Positions 27,279 through 40,717 are shown, counted from the first letter of the stretch. The stretch is 64,000 nucleotides of DNA from Camelus ferus (GCF_009834535.1 NC_045707.1:48734001-48798000), one strand, 5' to 3'. Made by a program: numbers and translations. Notes: a model not told the origin generated them from the letters alone.

Positions 27279-29702
27279 TTTGATAAAGTGGTGAAAATAC
27301 TTTTTTTTTCTGCTTCCATACTATTTCTATTGCGCGTCACTGTTTCATCACCTCTCCCCTACCTACCAGGCTAGATCGCTTTTTCTTTAGTTACTAGAGA
27401 AGTAGGTAGTCCTGATTTTTTGAGCCTGTGCTTCAATTTTAGGTTAAGTGGCACTCAAGGCAGTTCCTGACCCTCAAGCAATAAGTCTTCTCCTAACTTG
27501 ACTTCTCTCAGCCTCTTACCTAACTAATGACAATCCATTTGGCTTGTCTTCCTTCTTTTCATCAGCTGATCTCCTGAAGAACATCTGCAGTTTACCCTGA
27601 CTGCCTCCGGTTTAGCTGGACTTTGTCATTAGCCAATGTAATTTGTCAGTTTTTTCCCATATCAACATCTTGCCATTGCCTGTTATAATTCTATATACCT
27701 TCTTAAATGCACATCCTTGTGTGTGGAACTAACATTAACCACCTTTAGCAACACTGTATGTCGAGTAACTTTTTTCACATATGGATCTGTTTTATATGAA
27801 GCTCTGATTTATATGGATCTTAACGTTTTATATCATGATGACCAAAAATTTGCAGTTTATGCATTTTTTCACATTTATTTTACTCTGAAAGCAAAGATGC
27901 TTTTTGCTGGACTAGATCTTTTAACCAACTATTCTATTTTAAAGGTGCTTTGCAAAGAAGCAGTCTATATACATGATCATTTTTTAATCCTCACAACAAC
28001 CCCCTGTAGGTGTTATTAGTTCCATTTTACTAAAGAAATGATTGGGGACAAATGTCACACCACCTCAGAATTTAGCAGCAGTTATAACTACAGCATACTT
28101 AGCAGTAGAGATACTGTCTAGTTACTATCTGGTATAAGAAGTAATATTTTATTACCTGAAATGGCAGGTAATATACATCATCAGGTTGATTCTTCATAAT
28201 AGGTTTCAACATTTAACGTAAAATAAAACAGATTTTCAGACCATGTTTAATGCAATTAATTGAATAAATCTTTCAGAATTTTCTTCCATAGATGGCAACT
28301 GAGGACATCCTTTGCTTTGATAATTAACTGTTCGCTATTTTGGCTGTCTTTCAATGATGCAAGTCCTCTCAACTCTTCTCTCCTCTAGCTCTGGCTTTTA
28401 CCGATTTCCTGGATATTTTGCTTGTTAATATCAATTTCCTCTGACTTTAACCCTCATGAGTTTTTGAACTTTCTGTAATATTATTTGAAATTTCCTAGGC
28501 TTTTGTTTTAATCAACCAATGCACCTGTTGGCATTAGTCAAAAGATTATGTTACTTGTAATAAGTTTTACTTAGTCAAATAATGTGAACTATATGAAGAC
28601 GTACATGAGTTAATGAGCCAGCTGTTACCTTCAGAAAATATGCAATTCTGAGACTGAATGTTTTCACTGTTCTATTACTTTAGTTCCTATTCTGCCCCTC
28701 TGCATTTTCATAGGTGCCTAAAAATGTACTACAATTTAAAATGCAAGTTTCTTAGACCTTAATAAAACTATTCTAAATTCATTAGAATTGGTTGATAAGA
28801 TGGCTTAAAATAATAAGTGTGGTTCTGTAGACATACAGATCATTGGAAGAGAATGAAGTAGTACAAAAGAAAGTTTAGTAATATCTATAACATAGCCATA
28901 ATGGTTTGCAAGTAATCTCCTGTATTAGAACTCAGAAACAAAATTTTTTAATTACCAAAAATATTATCATATTTGACTATATATATATATAAATATATAT
29001 ACACCCTTGTATGTAAAAAGGGCAAAAACTGAAGAAAAATACATTGTCTTTGCATATCATATTAACTACATCTTTATTCTGTAAATCCATTAGTAAAATA
29101 CATTAAAATTTAGGAAAAATGAGAATTTTTGTGAGAAAGCAATCCTTTCCCTCCAAAAAAATAACTGGTAGCAAAATCAAAGGAAATTTGTTTACTCTTT
29201 CAAGAGATGAGGAAATGCAAAGTACAGCAATGAGCTACAACATAATGTGCTAATTTGGCAAACACTGAGAAAAGATTGTATCTAAATTTGCAAGGCTGCA
29301 AGAAAACGTTACTCTCTTGAATTGCTAGTGGTAGTATAAATTAGTGCCACCCTTCTGTAGAGGAGCCATGACAACAATCCATGAACATGGACTTTTAGGT
29401 TCAAAAGCTGATGGAGGGGTGGATGCCTGTAGCCCTGGATTCTTTTCAGGTCACTCTGGTGATTTCAACCTTTAGGAGTAGTTATTGTGTAAAAATTAAA
29501 TCTCTCTATGTATGTTTACCTATATAAAACCTAAATTTTATTAAAGTCCTCTCCTCTTGACTCCTAATGTTTGTTCAGGTCTTCATATGCTTTTTAAGTA
29601 AAGGAATCACATTGTTTAATTTTTTCTGATTTCTTTTAATTTTGAAGATTTCTCTGCTACTCTCATAAATGGAATGAATAAACTACACACTTGTTTTGTA
29701 TA

Positions 29703-29727
29703 TGTGTGTGTGTGTGTATGTGTGTGT
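29703..29727. repeat. (TG)n upstream of exon 4
   Basis: Seen directly. Confidence 0.9.
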
Positions 29728-29777
29728 AGGGAAGGTTTTGGAATTAAGATTTTTTTTCTGTTGTTCACTATCTACAG

Positions 29778-29991
29778 ACGTTGATTCTCATCAACAACAA
29801 AATTAGCAAAATCAGCCCTGGAGCATTTGCACCTTTGGTGAAACTGGAACGACTTTATCTGTCCAAGAATCAACTGAAGGAATTGCCAGAGAAAATGCCC
29901 AAAACTCTTCAGGAGCTGCGTGCCCATGAGAATGAGATCACCAAAGTGCGAAAGGCTGTGTTCAATGGATTGAACCAGATGATCGTCGTAG
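29778..29991 (+). CDS. DCN: Decorin exon 4
   Basis: cag|ACG TTG… gives [71 protein letters not shown], then G|gtac; 214 nt. Confidence 0.97.
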
Positions 29992-30774
29992 GTACAGATA
30001 TTCTTATAACTCTAAGACCAGGATTCAAAGTTCACCTTAAAAGATTACAAGTAAGCTTTAGCTACAGGAAGGTAAATTACCTAGAACTTGCATGTCTTAA
30101 GCCCACAGGAATAACCGGTAGAAGGGCCAGGAGAAATGGAATTTTGAATCTGTGCCTTACAACATTTTTATTATTGCCCTTGAGGATCTGAGAATGTGGA
30201 GAAAGCTCTAGGGCTTACACTCTTGGATGCCCAAGATGCAGGATGGAATTAAGTAATGCTTAATTAAATATATCTAAAGGGTACTTTTCCATTGTGGGAA
30301 TTTGTACTGTTTGGAATATCTATAGTCATTTGCTTTAAAAAAAAATGTGTTCTAATGTTTTGTTCTGTGTGTAGTGAAAAGTTTGTAATTTTAATAATTG
30401 GCTTACAAAATGCTAGATTCAAATTATTTAACAACATTTTAATATATCAAGTAATAGCCCCATTAGTGTGATTTGTAAACACTTGCTTTTGTTGATTTCT
30501 AGGTAAACTTGTGTATGGACCTTAAATAATTTTGTTCTTATTGCTTTTGCTACTATTGCTTTTCCACAAACCTTTGTTTTTTGTTGTTTGTTTTAATAAG
30601 AGAAATTTTTATCCCATTTTGCTATCCCTTTGAGAAGCATGTCTTTTAATATCTCTTCTGTTTTTCAGTCAAGTCGTTATAGATCTAAATTTCTTCTTGT
30701 TGAAACAGACACTACGCTGACTTGCAATGCCCTCAAATTGTCCTCTTAAAGCCTTGCCCTTATTGCATTTATAG

Positions 30775-30888
30775 AGCTTGGCACCAACCCACTAAAGAGC
30801 TCAGGCATTGAAAATGGAGCCTTCCAGGGAATGAAGAAGCTCTCCTACATCCGCATCGCTGACACCAACATCACCACCATCCCTCAAG
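30775..30888 (+). CDS. DCN: Decorin exon 5
   Basis: tag|AG CTT GGC… gives (E)[37 protein letters not shown], then G|gtgat; 114 nt; contains the [11 protein letters not shown] collagen-binding motif and an NIT sequon. Confidence 0.97.
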
Positions 30889-31344
30889 GTGATGAAAATT
30901 CTCCAAAGCAATTTGAATATCTAAATCCAAAAGCTTTGACACTTAAAAAATGGTTTTGGAAATCTGAATGGTAACTAAAGTGGCCAACTTTATTTCTAGT
31001 AAATTCTGTATTCCTCAAAGTGTTTCTACTGAACCTAGGCAACTATTGGGCCATCCAGGCCAACTGTAGGGGTGATCAGCCTCTTTCACCTATAAAGTCT
31101 CTTCTAACATGTAAGTTAATACACAATAGAATTGTGACATCACAAAGAAAAAAGTACAGTTACCTAAAAATAGAGTACTTTAGTGGTACTTCGTTTTAAA
31201 AAAATGATACATGAAGTACTTACGAAATTTGAGCCAATTTTTTCTTTGAGTCACCAATCCCTTGGTGAATTCCTTTCCATCTCAGGACATTCTAGTCATT
31301 ACTATATGAATTACAGGATCCACAGTGGTCACACTGTTATTTAA

Positions 31345-31570
31345 GAGTGGTGGTTGTGTGTTGTAAAGAGTATGAATTTTAGAGTCGGTTTGCTTGAGTT
31401 CACTGTCCCTAACTGGCTCTACGATCTTGGACAAGTTATTTTTAACTTCTGTTTTTTTAATCTGTAAAGTGGTGGTAATACTAACATCCACTTCATTGGT
31501 TGTTTTAAAATTAAATAAATAATTAGAGAAATACCTGACCTGTAGATAACTAGTAGATTAACATTATCTT
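31345..31570 (+). mobile_element. MIR SINE
   Basis: atcttggacaagttatttttaacttctg…atctgtaaagtgg. Confidence 0.7.
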
Positions 31571-32277
31571 CTATTATTCATTAGAAGTATTTTCAGCACT
31601 CCTTTTGTTTAGGCAAAGCACAAACCCTGGAGGCAGGGCAGTGAATAGGATACGTACCTACCTTCAGGGAGCTTATTGTCTAAAGCAAAGCCAGGCAAGT
31701 AAACGACAGTCATCACAGTCACAGGAGTAAGCTCGTTGTGCTAAGGCTTAGCCAGGAGAGGCACATACGCCAATCTTTGTGAAACAGAAAAGGCATCAAA
31801 TCATCAAAAATAAGTTTCTCTACTTTTCATATTTTTCTGGCCCCAGGTTTTTCAGTCTCACAAAAGCCCCTCTGTTCTCAAATTTTCCCCTCTGGTCCTT
31901 CCTCAGCTTGGATGTCTTGTTCTTGTACTGAGTACAAAATACAGGCACTTGCCCACAGAAGACAATTATCCTTCATTGTGCTTCCACAGAAATAAGTCTT
32001 GAGGGTACATAGTCTATAGAGTGGTTCCTTACTACCCCCTGCCCTCTCCATAGTCTTTTTGCTACAGAGGATGTTTTTGCTGCCCATAAACAGCAACTGA
32101 TTGCATAGATGATAGGTAGGTAGATGGAGGGAGATTGATTTATAGTTCAGAAAGCACTTTCACGTTGAGTCTCTGACTTGTTACATGTAATAAGAGATGT
32201 TTTAATCCCCAGTGCAGGGGTTTTATATTTTTAAATATATTTTAATTTATATTTACAATAATGTATTTTATAATAAT

Positions 32278-32415
32278 TATATATAAAATTTTCTATATAT
32301 ATTGCCTAAAAATATATATATACGTATGTGTGTGTGTGTATATATATATATATAGCCTATATATGTATATGTGTGTGTGTGCGTGCGTGTGTGTGTGTAT
32401 ACACATACATATATA
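32278..32415. repeat. Compound (TA)/(TG) microsatellite
   Basis: Seen directly. Confidence 0.9.
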
Positions 32416-32694
32416 GCCTAAAGCCTTAGAGCTGCAGGAGGTGAAGTAAAATAGCTGGAATTTAAAGTCCAGGTCTTTTTCGCGACTTCACGCTGCCTGA
32501 TGACTTGCATTAAGCAGTCTTTGACTTTTCTGTCCTTCTTAAAGCATTTCCTAAATCTCTCTCAGTAACACATTTCATCACTTAGTGAGTGATCTGTTTT
32601 CCTTAATTTCTTACATGTCCTCCCTGTGCAAATGCTCTTTCTCATCTTCTCTAGCTTGCTTTTATTTACCAAACTCTTAATAATATGAAAATTA

Positions 32695-32905
32695 TAGTAA
32701 CTAGTTTTATTAAGCACTTGTGCCAAGATGCTTTTCATGGATTCTGTTATGAGAATCTCAAAACGATCCTCTGTAGTAATATATCACATCTGTTTTATAA
32801 ATGAGGAAAATGAGTCTTAAAGAGATAAAGCAAATTGCGACCAAGACTGTAGAGCTAGAAATTGCACGGCTGCGGCTGTGCTGGGCTGACCTCAGAGCTC
32901 ATGTG
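32695..32905 (-). mobile_element. MIR SINE
   Basis: gttttataaatgaggaaaatgagtcttaaagagataaagcaaattgc. Confidence 0.65.
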
Positions 32906-34645
32906 CTGGACCATTTCCCTCTGCTGCCATGTTAAGTCCTTCTTCCCGTGCACATTTATGCCCATGGAATACATGAGTCTTCCTTTCCTAGGCTGGGATC
33001 CTTATGCTCAAACATCGCCCACTTTCCAGGAGTCTTAAATTCCACATATTCTCTCCCATCACTGATGGACATGAAAAGGCAGTGGAGTGAAGTAGAAAGA
33101 TCATAAATTCACGCTCCAGAGTTAGGTCATTATTTTGTTATATACTCATTTGCTTTATTTATAGCATTTTAAAAATCCACATTTACTTTTTCTAAGGAGA
33201 CTCAAATGATTGAAATCCTTTATTCCAAGAGTGATTGTGATTTCCTGATAGTTATTCATAAGAATAATGCTACTGTTGTTTCATTTCCTTCAGTTATGAG
33301 CATTTTATTTTAACTCTTTGGCCAACTAGCAGCATATTACATTTCCTACTTAGTAGCTAGGTAGCTTACAGGATGGGTAACTTTGAATCTCTATTTTCTC
33401 ATCTATGAACGAGGATTAATTAAAAGTAATTTATACATTGAAAAAAATTAAATGAGCTAAGTTAGGAAAACTGCCAATCTCAGTGTTCAGCACAGAACAG
33501 ACATTTAGTAAGCAGAAGTTCCTTTCCTTCCCATCTCCCACACAAAATGTACTACCACTGAGAAATTAATAGTCATTTTCAAATCAAATATGGAATAAAT
33601 TTTTACATTAAATAGACGATCTTGACAGACTTTGGTGGGATGCAAAGAAAACTTTAGACCAAGCATAACCCATGACTTTCCAGTTTTGTTCTCTATAAAC
33701 AAATAACCAACACTTTCTGCTAAGCAGATGTTATTTCTTCATGTAACCAAGTTGCTATTTTCTTTGTAGTTGTTGCTGTTCTTGTAAATGGCACAACATG
33801 CAGTTTTAAAAGCTATATAAAAACATAACATCCTCAGATGGCAGGAGGAAATGAAAATAAGATATTAAACTTTTATATTTACTTTACTAAATTTTTAGAA
33901 ATCATAGCTGTTTACGAATTACTATCCAGAGGTTTAGTGGGAGACTATGGATTTAAAATTATTTCCCCAGGTGCCTTACATATGGCAGATCACTTGATAA
34001 TAGGCCTCTGTACTCCTCTCGTATAAAGAAATAGTCTTGATTTAAAAAGAACCAGTACGTCTTAGCTCTCTCTCTCTACACACCAAGTTGCAGAGGTGTT
34101 TGATGTTTCCATGGAAAAGGTGATTAAAACTAAAGTCAGCACAGTATATAAATGTTAGTTATTGATGATACTCATTAATGAAACACCTGGTTAAGTTTGT
34201 ATGCAGGCTGAACTTATACATAATTGCTTTATTATCATTCATCGCCTCATTCTAGAGTTATTATCTTTTACCAGTGGCAGTGTTAGCCCATTAACAGAGG
34301 GGTGAGAAACTAACGAGATTCAGGGTTTGACTTCAGTTCTACAACTGTATCCTAAAAGTTGCTAGGATGGAAATCTAATACATGATAAACACAGTCCATG
34401 TTTTTATTAAAATCAATCCAGGAGAAAGGTAGAAAGGGCTTGTACTACTTCCCAAAGCAAATGTATTATTGTAAAAGCGATGAAAGAAAAAGATGAAAAG
34501 CAAAACTGGTGAGTAAGATGCAGAGCAGATTTTTTAAAACTGTATGTCGTTTGGAAAATTAATGGCACATATCCTCATTATATAGTTGTACATTCTCTAA
34601 TTACATTTATTTGCTAATTTAATGTCATACATTTCCATATTGTAG

Positions 34646-34739
34646 GTCTTCCTCCTTCCCTCACTGAATTACATCTTGATGGCAACAAAATCACCAAAGT
34701 TGATGCAACTAGCCTGAAAGGACTGAATAATTTGGCTAA
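34646..34739 (+). CDS. DCN: Decorin exon 6
   Basis: tag|GT CTT CCT… gives (G)[30 protein letters not shown](K), then AA|gtaat; 94 nt. Confidence 0.97.
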
Positions 34740-35384
34740 GTAATAATATTCTTTCACAATGTTCTATCAGTAAAATGGCTAGATATACTAGTGCATATAT
34801 GCTCAGAATTAGAAACATGATGATTGCTTTTTTTTTTTTTGCCTGTAACACATTTTTTGTTGTTTCTAATAACCTCAAACTTCAGCTTGCCCAATTATTT
34901 GTTTAAAAAAAACTAATGGAATAATGTACTTATCATAACCCCATCAAGATCAGCCTTATGTTTTATGAATACCATACTGTTTTTAGATTCATTAATATAT
35001 ACCATGTGTACAAGGTGTTTGATTAAATCCATATGTTCATTCAGTATGTTCTAACTTGGTTGTCTCAAACAGAAGGTTAAGTAAATTATAACATAGCATT
35101 CAGAATTTGCAAATGTACTAAAATGAAAGGTCATGGAAGTATTGAGTATCTCACACTAATATTAGAATAGTTATCATGAGATTCTCTAACTAACTCCTAT
35201 TCTCTAAAATGTTTAAAATGCCTCTGGACAGTTAATACACTCTAAAAATTTTTTTCTAGCCCTTCTTAACTTTTTTTTTCCTTATAGATAATCACTAGTG
35301 CCCATCCTACTTTCTAAGCTAACTTCAATCTTTCTGTATTTGTTGTCTGGTGAAGAAATAAAAAGAGGAGAGTTCTGGCAGACC

Positions 35385-35549
35385 CTTGCAGTTGTCTTCA
35401 AGGAACTCTCTGTTCTTGGTCCACAGATATTGCTGAATGTTCTAACAGAGAAGCACAGTGTTATGCCAAGTTGGCTCACTCCTCTTTTCGTATATAAATT
35501 TCATGGTCGATAAGTACATATAAAATATATCATATATCTTTGAGAAATC
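35385..35549 (+). repeat. 165-bp direct repeat, copy 1
   Basis: 163/165 identical to 37665-37829. Confidence 0.97.
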
Positions 35550-37664
35550 CCTAAGACCAGATGGATGGATAATGCCATCTTTCCCATTTCCGTGGTTATT
35601 CCCCCAATGACTTAGTGGAGGATGAGGCTGAAAGTGTGCATATGCATGTGACTGTAGCTGCAATATATGACCCTAGTGTCTCTAATGGTAAGCAATCCTT
35701 TACATAGTTTCACTGCAGTATCTAATGAAGAAAATATTTTTCAAAGTAGTGTTACGCATCATCTACCTTCCTGTGTTGATTAGATCTCTCTAGCTGGAGA
35801 AGAATGGAGGAGTTGCATTGCTTATTGTGTAGAACTGTGTTTAGGACAGCTATTATTACTGGATTACTAGTAGTAGGAGGAGAAGGAACAGCTGGGATCA
35901 AAAACACTATAAAGTTCTAAATATGGTGAATGAGTCATAATATTTGCACCATTTTAGAGAAATGTTTATTTTGTACTGAAAGTGGCATGGAGATTTTGAG
36001 GTTCCACACATTAGTATTAACATTGTATGCTTTGTAGCAACTAGAAGCATAAAGAGCTAATGAACTTTGAACAGGTCAACAGAAGTGAAGATTTCTGTTT
36101 AAATGGATTTTGAATTCCATTCATTAAATTAGAGCAGATTGCCTCAATGGCCAAGGAAACTTTCTCAGCTCTTGAATTTATCAAATACTTTTCCCTTTGG
36201 AATCATTTCAGGATGTCTGAATAAGGCACGTCAGGATGGATGTCTACTATACCATCAAATCCTTATGTTGTTTGCTCCTCACTTATATTGGATCATGAGA
36301 AGTATTTTGGTGCTGTGAAAAGAAGGAACAGAGCAGCCTCTGACCTCACAACACTGTTGCAGGGCAAATATTTCAGTTAGTTATTAGGAACAAATGAAAA
36401 GAAAATAGTGTGTGTCCCTCTGCAGAAATAAAAAGTGGTTTTCAGGCAAACTTCCCTTTTCTTATTTAGTATATAGATCATCATGTCCCCTACTAGGTGA
36501 CATATTCCTCAATGGAAAGAATCATGGTTTTTGAACCATGTGTCCTCTGCCCTCATAAGACTGGGACAAAATCTTGAGCATAGTAGGTTCTCAAGAATAT
36601 TTGATGAGTGAATATAAATTAATCATTGAAGAAGTAAAGTTCCCTTTAATAGATTATCAAGACTATTTGGTTCTAAGAAATGTATTAGCCCAACTTGGAT
36701 ATGGGACTTGGAGTGCTGTAAGAAATAGGAGACATGATTCTGAAATAGAAAAGGAAAGGCCAGAAACAAGAGATGAATGTTTAAGACTAAAGGGAAAAAC
36801 AAAATATTCTGAGCCAGGATTCCAGGTAAATGAACCTTAAGTAAGATAAACCAACTGTGCTCTTAGTAGCCTAAAATCAGTACACTTTCATCTCAATTAT
36901 TTCAAATACCAAGTCATGATTAAACTTGGGAGACATTTGGTTACCAGCATCTAAATCCTAAAAGAGCTCAAAGATCCCAACTAGCTGAAGATAAGCAGGA
37001 ATCATCCTAAAAAAAGGGCCCATCCTTTCCATGGCATCTGAAGGAATTCAATTGGTTTTTCCACTTTCTCTGCCCTTGAGGTTTCTGATTCTCTTCCACT
37101 ACCTTGTTGCCTCATCTCTCTCTGCCCTTTTGGATACACAGCATCCTGGTTCTGACAGAGATTTATTCCTAGAGTTTTGTCTTCAAGTCAGCTTCTGACT
37201 TTTGAATCTCATTTACAACGCAGGGCATCACCGCTGCAGGCTCCCACGTGTTAAGCATTAATTAAAAGCAAAATCCCAAACCTTGAGTAGCATTGTATGA
37301 GAAATGTCGAGGGGGCCAAGGTCAGGGCCAGAGATCAGCCATTAGGGCCCTAGTGCAGAGATCAGTATGGGAAACCAAGAATACTGGCCCCAGGCATATT
37401 CTGATAGTGACAGATGGTCACTGATAAACTCTTTCCAAATGAATGCAAAATGCTAATTCCATTAAGCTTTCTAGCAGGTAGTTTTATTGACTTACTAGAA
37501 CCTTGTACGTTTTATTTACAACAAATACATTTAGGTAATAAAAATACAATTACTTGATTTACAAAGTGACCAAAATGGTAATAGTACTCCTTTTATTTGT
37601 ACTACGCCCATTATACAAGCAATTCAGCAGCTATGCGCTGATCATACCAAGCTCTGTGTGAGCG

Positions 37665-37829
37665 CTTGCAGTTGTCTTCAAGGAACTCTCTGTTCTTGGT
37701 CCACAAATATTGCTGAATGTTCTTACAGAGAAGCACAGTGTTATGCCAAGTTGGCTCACTCCTCTTTTCGTATATAAATTTCATGGTCGATAAGTACATA
37801 TAAAATATATCATATATCTTTGAGAAATC
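37665..37829 (+). repeat. 165-bp direct repeat, copy 2
   Basis: 163/165 identical to 35385-35549. Confidence 0.97.
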
Positions 37830-38147
37830 ACTTTTCTCAAGGTAAGACTCGCAAGTACACAGTCCCCTGAGTTTTACAAGAGGGTGACAACAGGGTGCTA
37901 CATGAGCATTCACTAGTGGCACCTATCCAGTCTGGTGCCGTCAGAGGAGTTTTAAAGAGGGTAACTCTAAGCTAAACCCTTAAGAACAAATGGGGTCTAT
38001 CCAAACTCAGCAAGTTTGGGAAAAATCACTAGGCAGAGGTGACAGTAAGTGCAAAAACAGAAAAAAATTTCTTTCCTATTGACTTGATTAATCACACAAT
38101 GCTTATATGAAGGCATTGCTTCTATTCATTTCTGTTTTCTGTTGCAG

Positions 38148-38286
38148 GTTGGGACTGAGTTTCAACAGCATCTCTGCTGTCGACAATGGCTCTCTGGCCA
38201 ACACTCCTCATTTGAGGGAGCTTCATCTGAACAACAACAAGCTTATCAAAGTGCCTGGTGGGCTGGCGGATCATAAGTATATCCAG
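38148..38286 (+). CDS. DCN: Decorin exon 7
   Basis: cag|G TTG GGA… gives [46 protein letters not shown], then |gtaatg; 139 nt; NGS sequon. Confidence 0.97.
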
Positions 38287-38807
38287 GTAATGCGATGCCA
38301 CTAAATATTGTGAGAAATATCTTTGGGAGCATATCTCCCTACTGGGATGCTAAGGAGGCAGGAAGCTCGGCTTAGAAATTTTTTTGAAGAGAAATATTTT
38401 TAATATGTCTACATAAATAGTCATTCCTGTTTTGTGAAAAATATAGGTTTAAATTAGTATTAATTTTTAAAAATTATTACTGTTGCCTAGGACTTAATAT
38501 AATGCTTGCTTTCAGAATGTAATATTTTTAATGAAGCTGGATAGTTTCAAGTCACAGATCAGTATAACAAATATATACTGGTTGGAAAAGATGACATCAT
38601 CTGTAATGTATAGACAGAGAATAAAATCATAGTTTTAACTTTCAGCTTCAGCAGATGTCATACAGGTCAAAAAAGAATGTTTATCTAGCAGAGTGACTGA
38701 ATTAAAAATTATCAAGTTATAGTGTATTCTTAAGGATAAGAAGATATGGACACATAATATTGAGTTCATAAAATTTGTTTAATGGGTTCATTAGGAATAT
38801 CCCATAA

Positions 38808-38870
38808 ACGGGATGGAATGGGATAAGTTTGGAAGGGATGGAATGGGATGGAATGGTGTAGAATAGAATA
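38808..38870. repeat. Degenerate (GGAAT/GGGAT)n pentamer repeat
   Basis: gggatggaatgggat…ggatggaatgggatggaatgg…agaatagaata. Confidence 0.75.
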
Positions 38871-39164
38871 TCACTGTATTACTTATCACTGTAGTGGTAT
38901 TTTATTAAAATTTTGTTTCATATGCACAGATTCATGTATATGAAAGCTCAATACATAATGTGTCTTACTATGAGTCAAAGAGAAAAAAAAATAAAACATG
39001 TCCTTTTGAAATCTTTGCTGAGTATCAGCAAATCTCATGGGCATTCACACAGGGTCCCACATTCAGAAAGACCTCATTCTTGGTTTTCCATCTCTAATTG
39101 GCTATCCATGTACCCATTTTTCCTGCATTTCTGCAGGTTCCAAGGGAATTTGAGTGCTCTACTT

Positions 39165-40000
39165 TTTTTCTTTAAGTATATAGTTTGGTTATTTTTAGCA
39201 AAATTATATAGTTGTTCAATCAACACAATCCAGTTGTAGAATGTTTCTATCACCTTCAAAATATTTCAGTTATCTATTTATAGTCAACTAGCCATAGGGA
39301 ATCATTAACCTACGTTTTTTCTGTTTCTAAATGAATTTACTTTTCTAGATATTTCATATAAATGTAACCATAAAATGTGTGGTTTTTGTGACTGGTTTCT
39401 TTGATTTGTCATAATGATTTTAGGTCATTTATATCATAGCATGTACCATTTCTGTTGAATGGAATTTCATTGTAAGGATATACCACATTCTGTTTGCTAG
39501 AACTATATCTTTTGATAACAGTAGTTTTGGTTATGTTTTGAAATTAAGAATAAAGATTCTCTAACTGTATTTTATTTTTCAAAGTTATTTTGAATATTCT
39601 TGTTCCTTTGCATTTCCGTATAAATGTTAGACTTAGCTTGTTCATTTCTATTGAAATAGACTGCTAGGACTTTGACAGGGATTGTGTTGAATCTATAGAT
39701 CAATTAAGGGAGATTTTTCATCATAAGAATAGAGTCATTTGAGTCACAAACATGGAATATCTCTGTATTTCATCTTTAATTCCTCACGCAATTTTTTGTC
39801 ATTTTTAGTGCACAAGTTTTATAATTTTTATTAAGTTTATTCCTAAGTTTTTCATTATTTTTAATGCTGTTGTGAATGAATTGTTATCTTAATTTTATTT
39901 TTGAATTGTTTGTTGCTAGTATATAGAAATTCAGTTGTTTTTTATATATGGATCTATCCTAGTACTGTGCTAGAACTGCTTTTAGTTGCAATAGTTTTTA
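39165..40000 (-). mobile_element. Old L1M fragments (3'UTR and ORF2 pieces)
   Basis: gggattgtgttgaatctatagatcaattaaggga…; ttgttgctagtatatagaaat. Confidence 0.75.
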
Positions 40001-40009
40001 TGAAAAAAA

Positions 40010-40360
40010 AAAAAGTAAGAAAGAGAGAGAGACAAGGAAGAGACTTTAAGAAGGCAAAAGAGGAAGCAGGAAGAATAATCAGGACAACTTCAGTAATCCA
40101 GAAGGAGCTAATGGAAGCTTTGAATAAGGTTCTAGGAGTCGACATGCAGAAAACTGGATTGTATGTGCATTCTGAAGGCTGCACAAGCAAGGTTTGCTGA
40201 TGGTTGGGCAGAGAGTATAAGAGACAGGAAGGGTCAAGGATAATGATGGTGTTTTCGGCCTGAGTCATCTGGAAAGACTGTAATGCCATATAGTGAGATG
40301 AGGAAGACGAAGGAAGGGAAAAGCAAGATTAGAAAGAGAGAGAGAGATCAAGTTTGGTTT
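40010..40360 (-). mobile_element. L2 fragment
   Basis: caaggtttgctgatggttggg…gggtcaaggataatg…ggcctgagtcatctggaaaga. Confidence 0.65.
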
Positions 40361-40363
40361 GAG

Positions 40364-40448
40364 AAGTATTTAGTTGTTTAAACTGAAGGATGAGTGTAGC
40401 GAAAAAGTACTTAGGTGTTTAAACTGAAGGATGAGTATAGTGAAAAAG
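40364..40448 (+). repeat. 41-bp tandem duplication
   Basis: aagtatttagttgtttaaactgaaggatgagtgtagcgaaa / aagtacttaggtgtttaaactgaaggatgagtatagtgaaa. Confidence 0.92.
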
Positions 40449-40522
40449 AATAAAGTACTTCTGCGGAGGGCCTCAGTTTGTTTAGAGGAAAATAACCACG
40501 CTCCCATTATTTCGTATCGCAG

Positions 40523-40717
40523 GTTGTTTACCTTCATAACAACAATATCTCTGCAGTCGGCTCTAACGACTTCTGCCCACCTGGGTACAACACCAAAAAG
40601 GCTTCTTATTCAGGGGTGAGCCTTTTCAGCAACCCTGTCCAGTACTGGGAGATCCAGCCATCCACCTTCCGATGTGTCTATGTGCGCTCTGCCATTCAGC
40701 TCGGAAACTTCAAGTAG
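40523..40717 (+). CDS. DCN: Decorin exon 8 coding part (to TAG)
   Basis: cag|GTT GTT TAC… gives [67 protein letters not shown] sequon. Confidence 0.97.
   Translation, partial: VVYLHNNNISAVGSNDFCPPGYNTKKASYSGVSLFSNPVQYWEIQPSTFRCVYVRSAIQLGNFK

Noticed and set aside
34708..34710. Thr in DATSLKG (Ala in human, by recall)
   Set aside because: The position appears to vary among mammals; not remarkable.
37611..37922. Minus-strand ORFs (also 35442-35663) sharing a 35-aa peptide
   Set aside because: A by-product of the 165-bp DNA duplication, not paralogous genes.
40431..40619. 62-aa ORF overlapping exon 8; also antisense 12934-13116 and 34669-34878
   Set aside because: Alternative-frame or antisense shadows of DCN exons.
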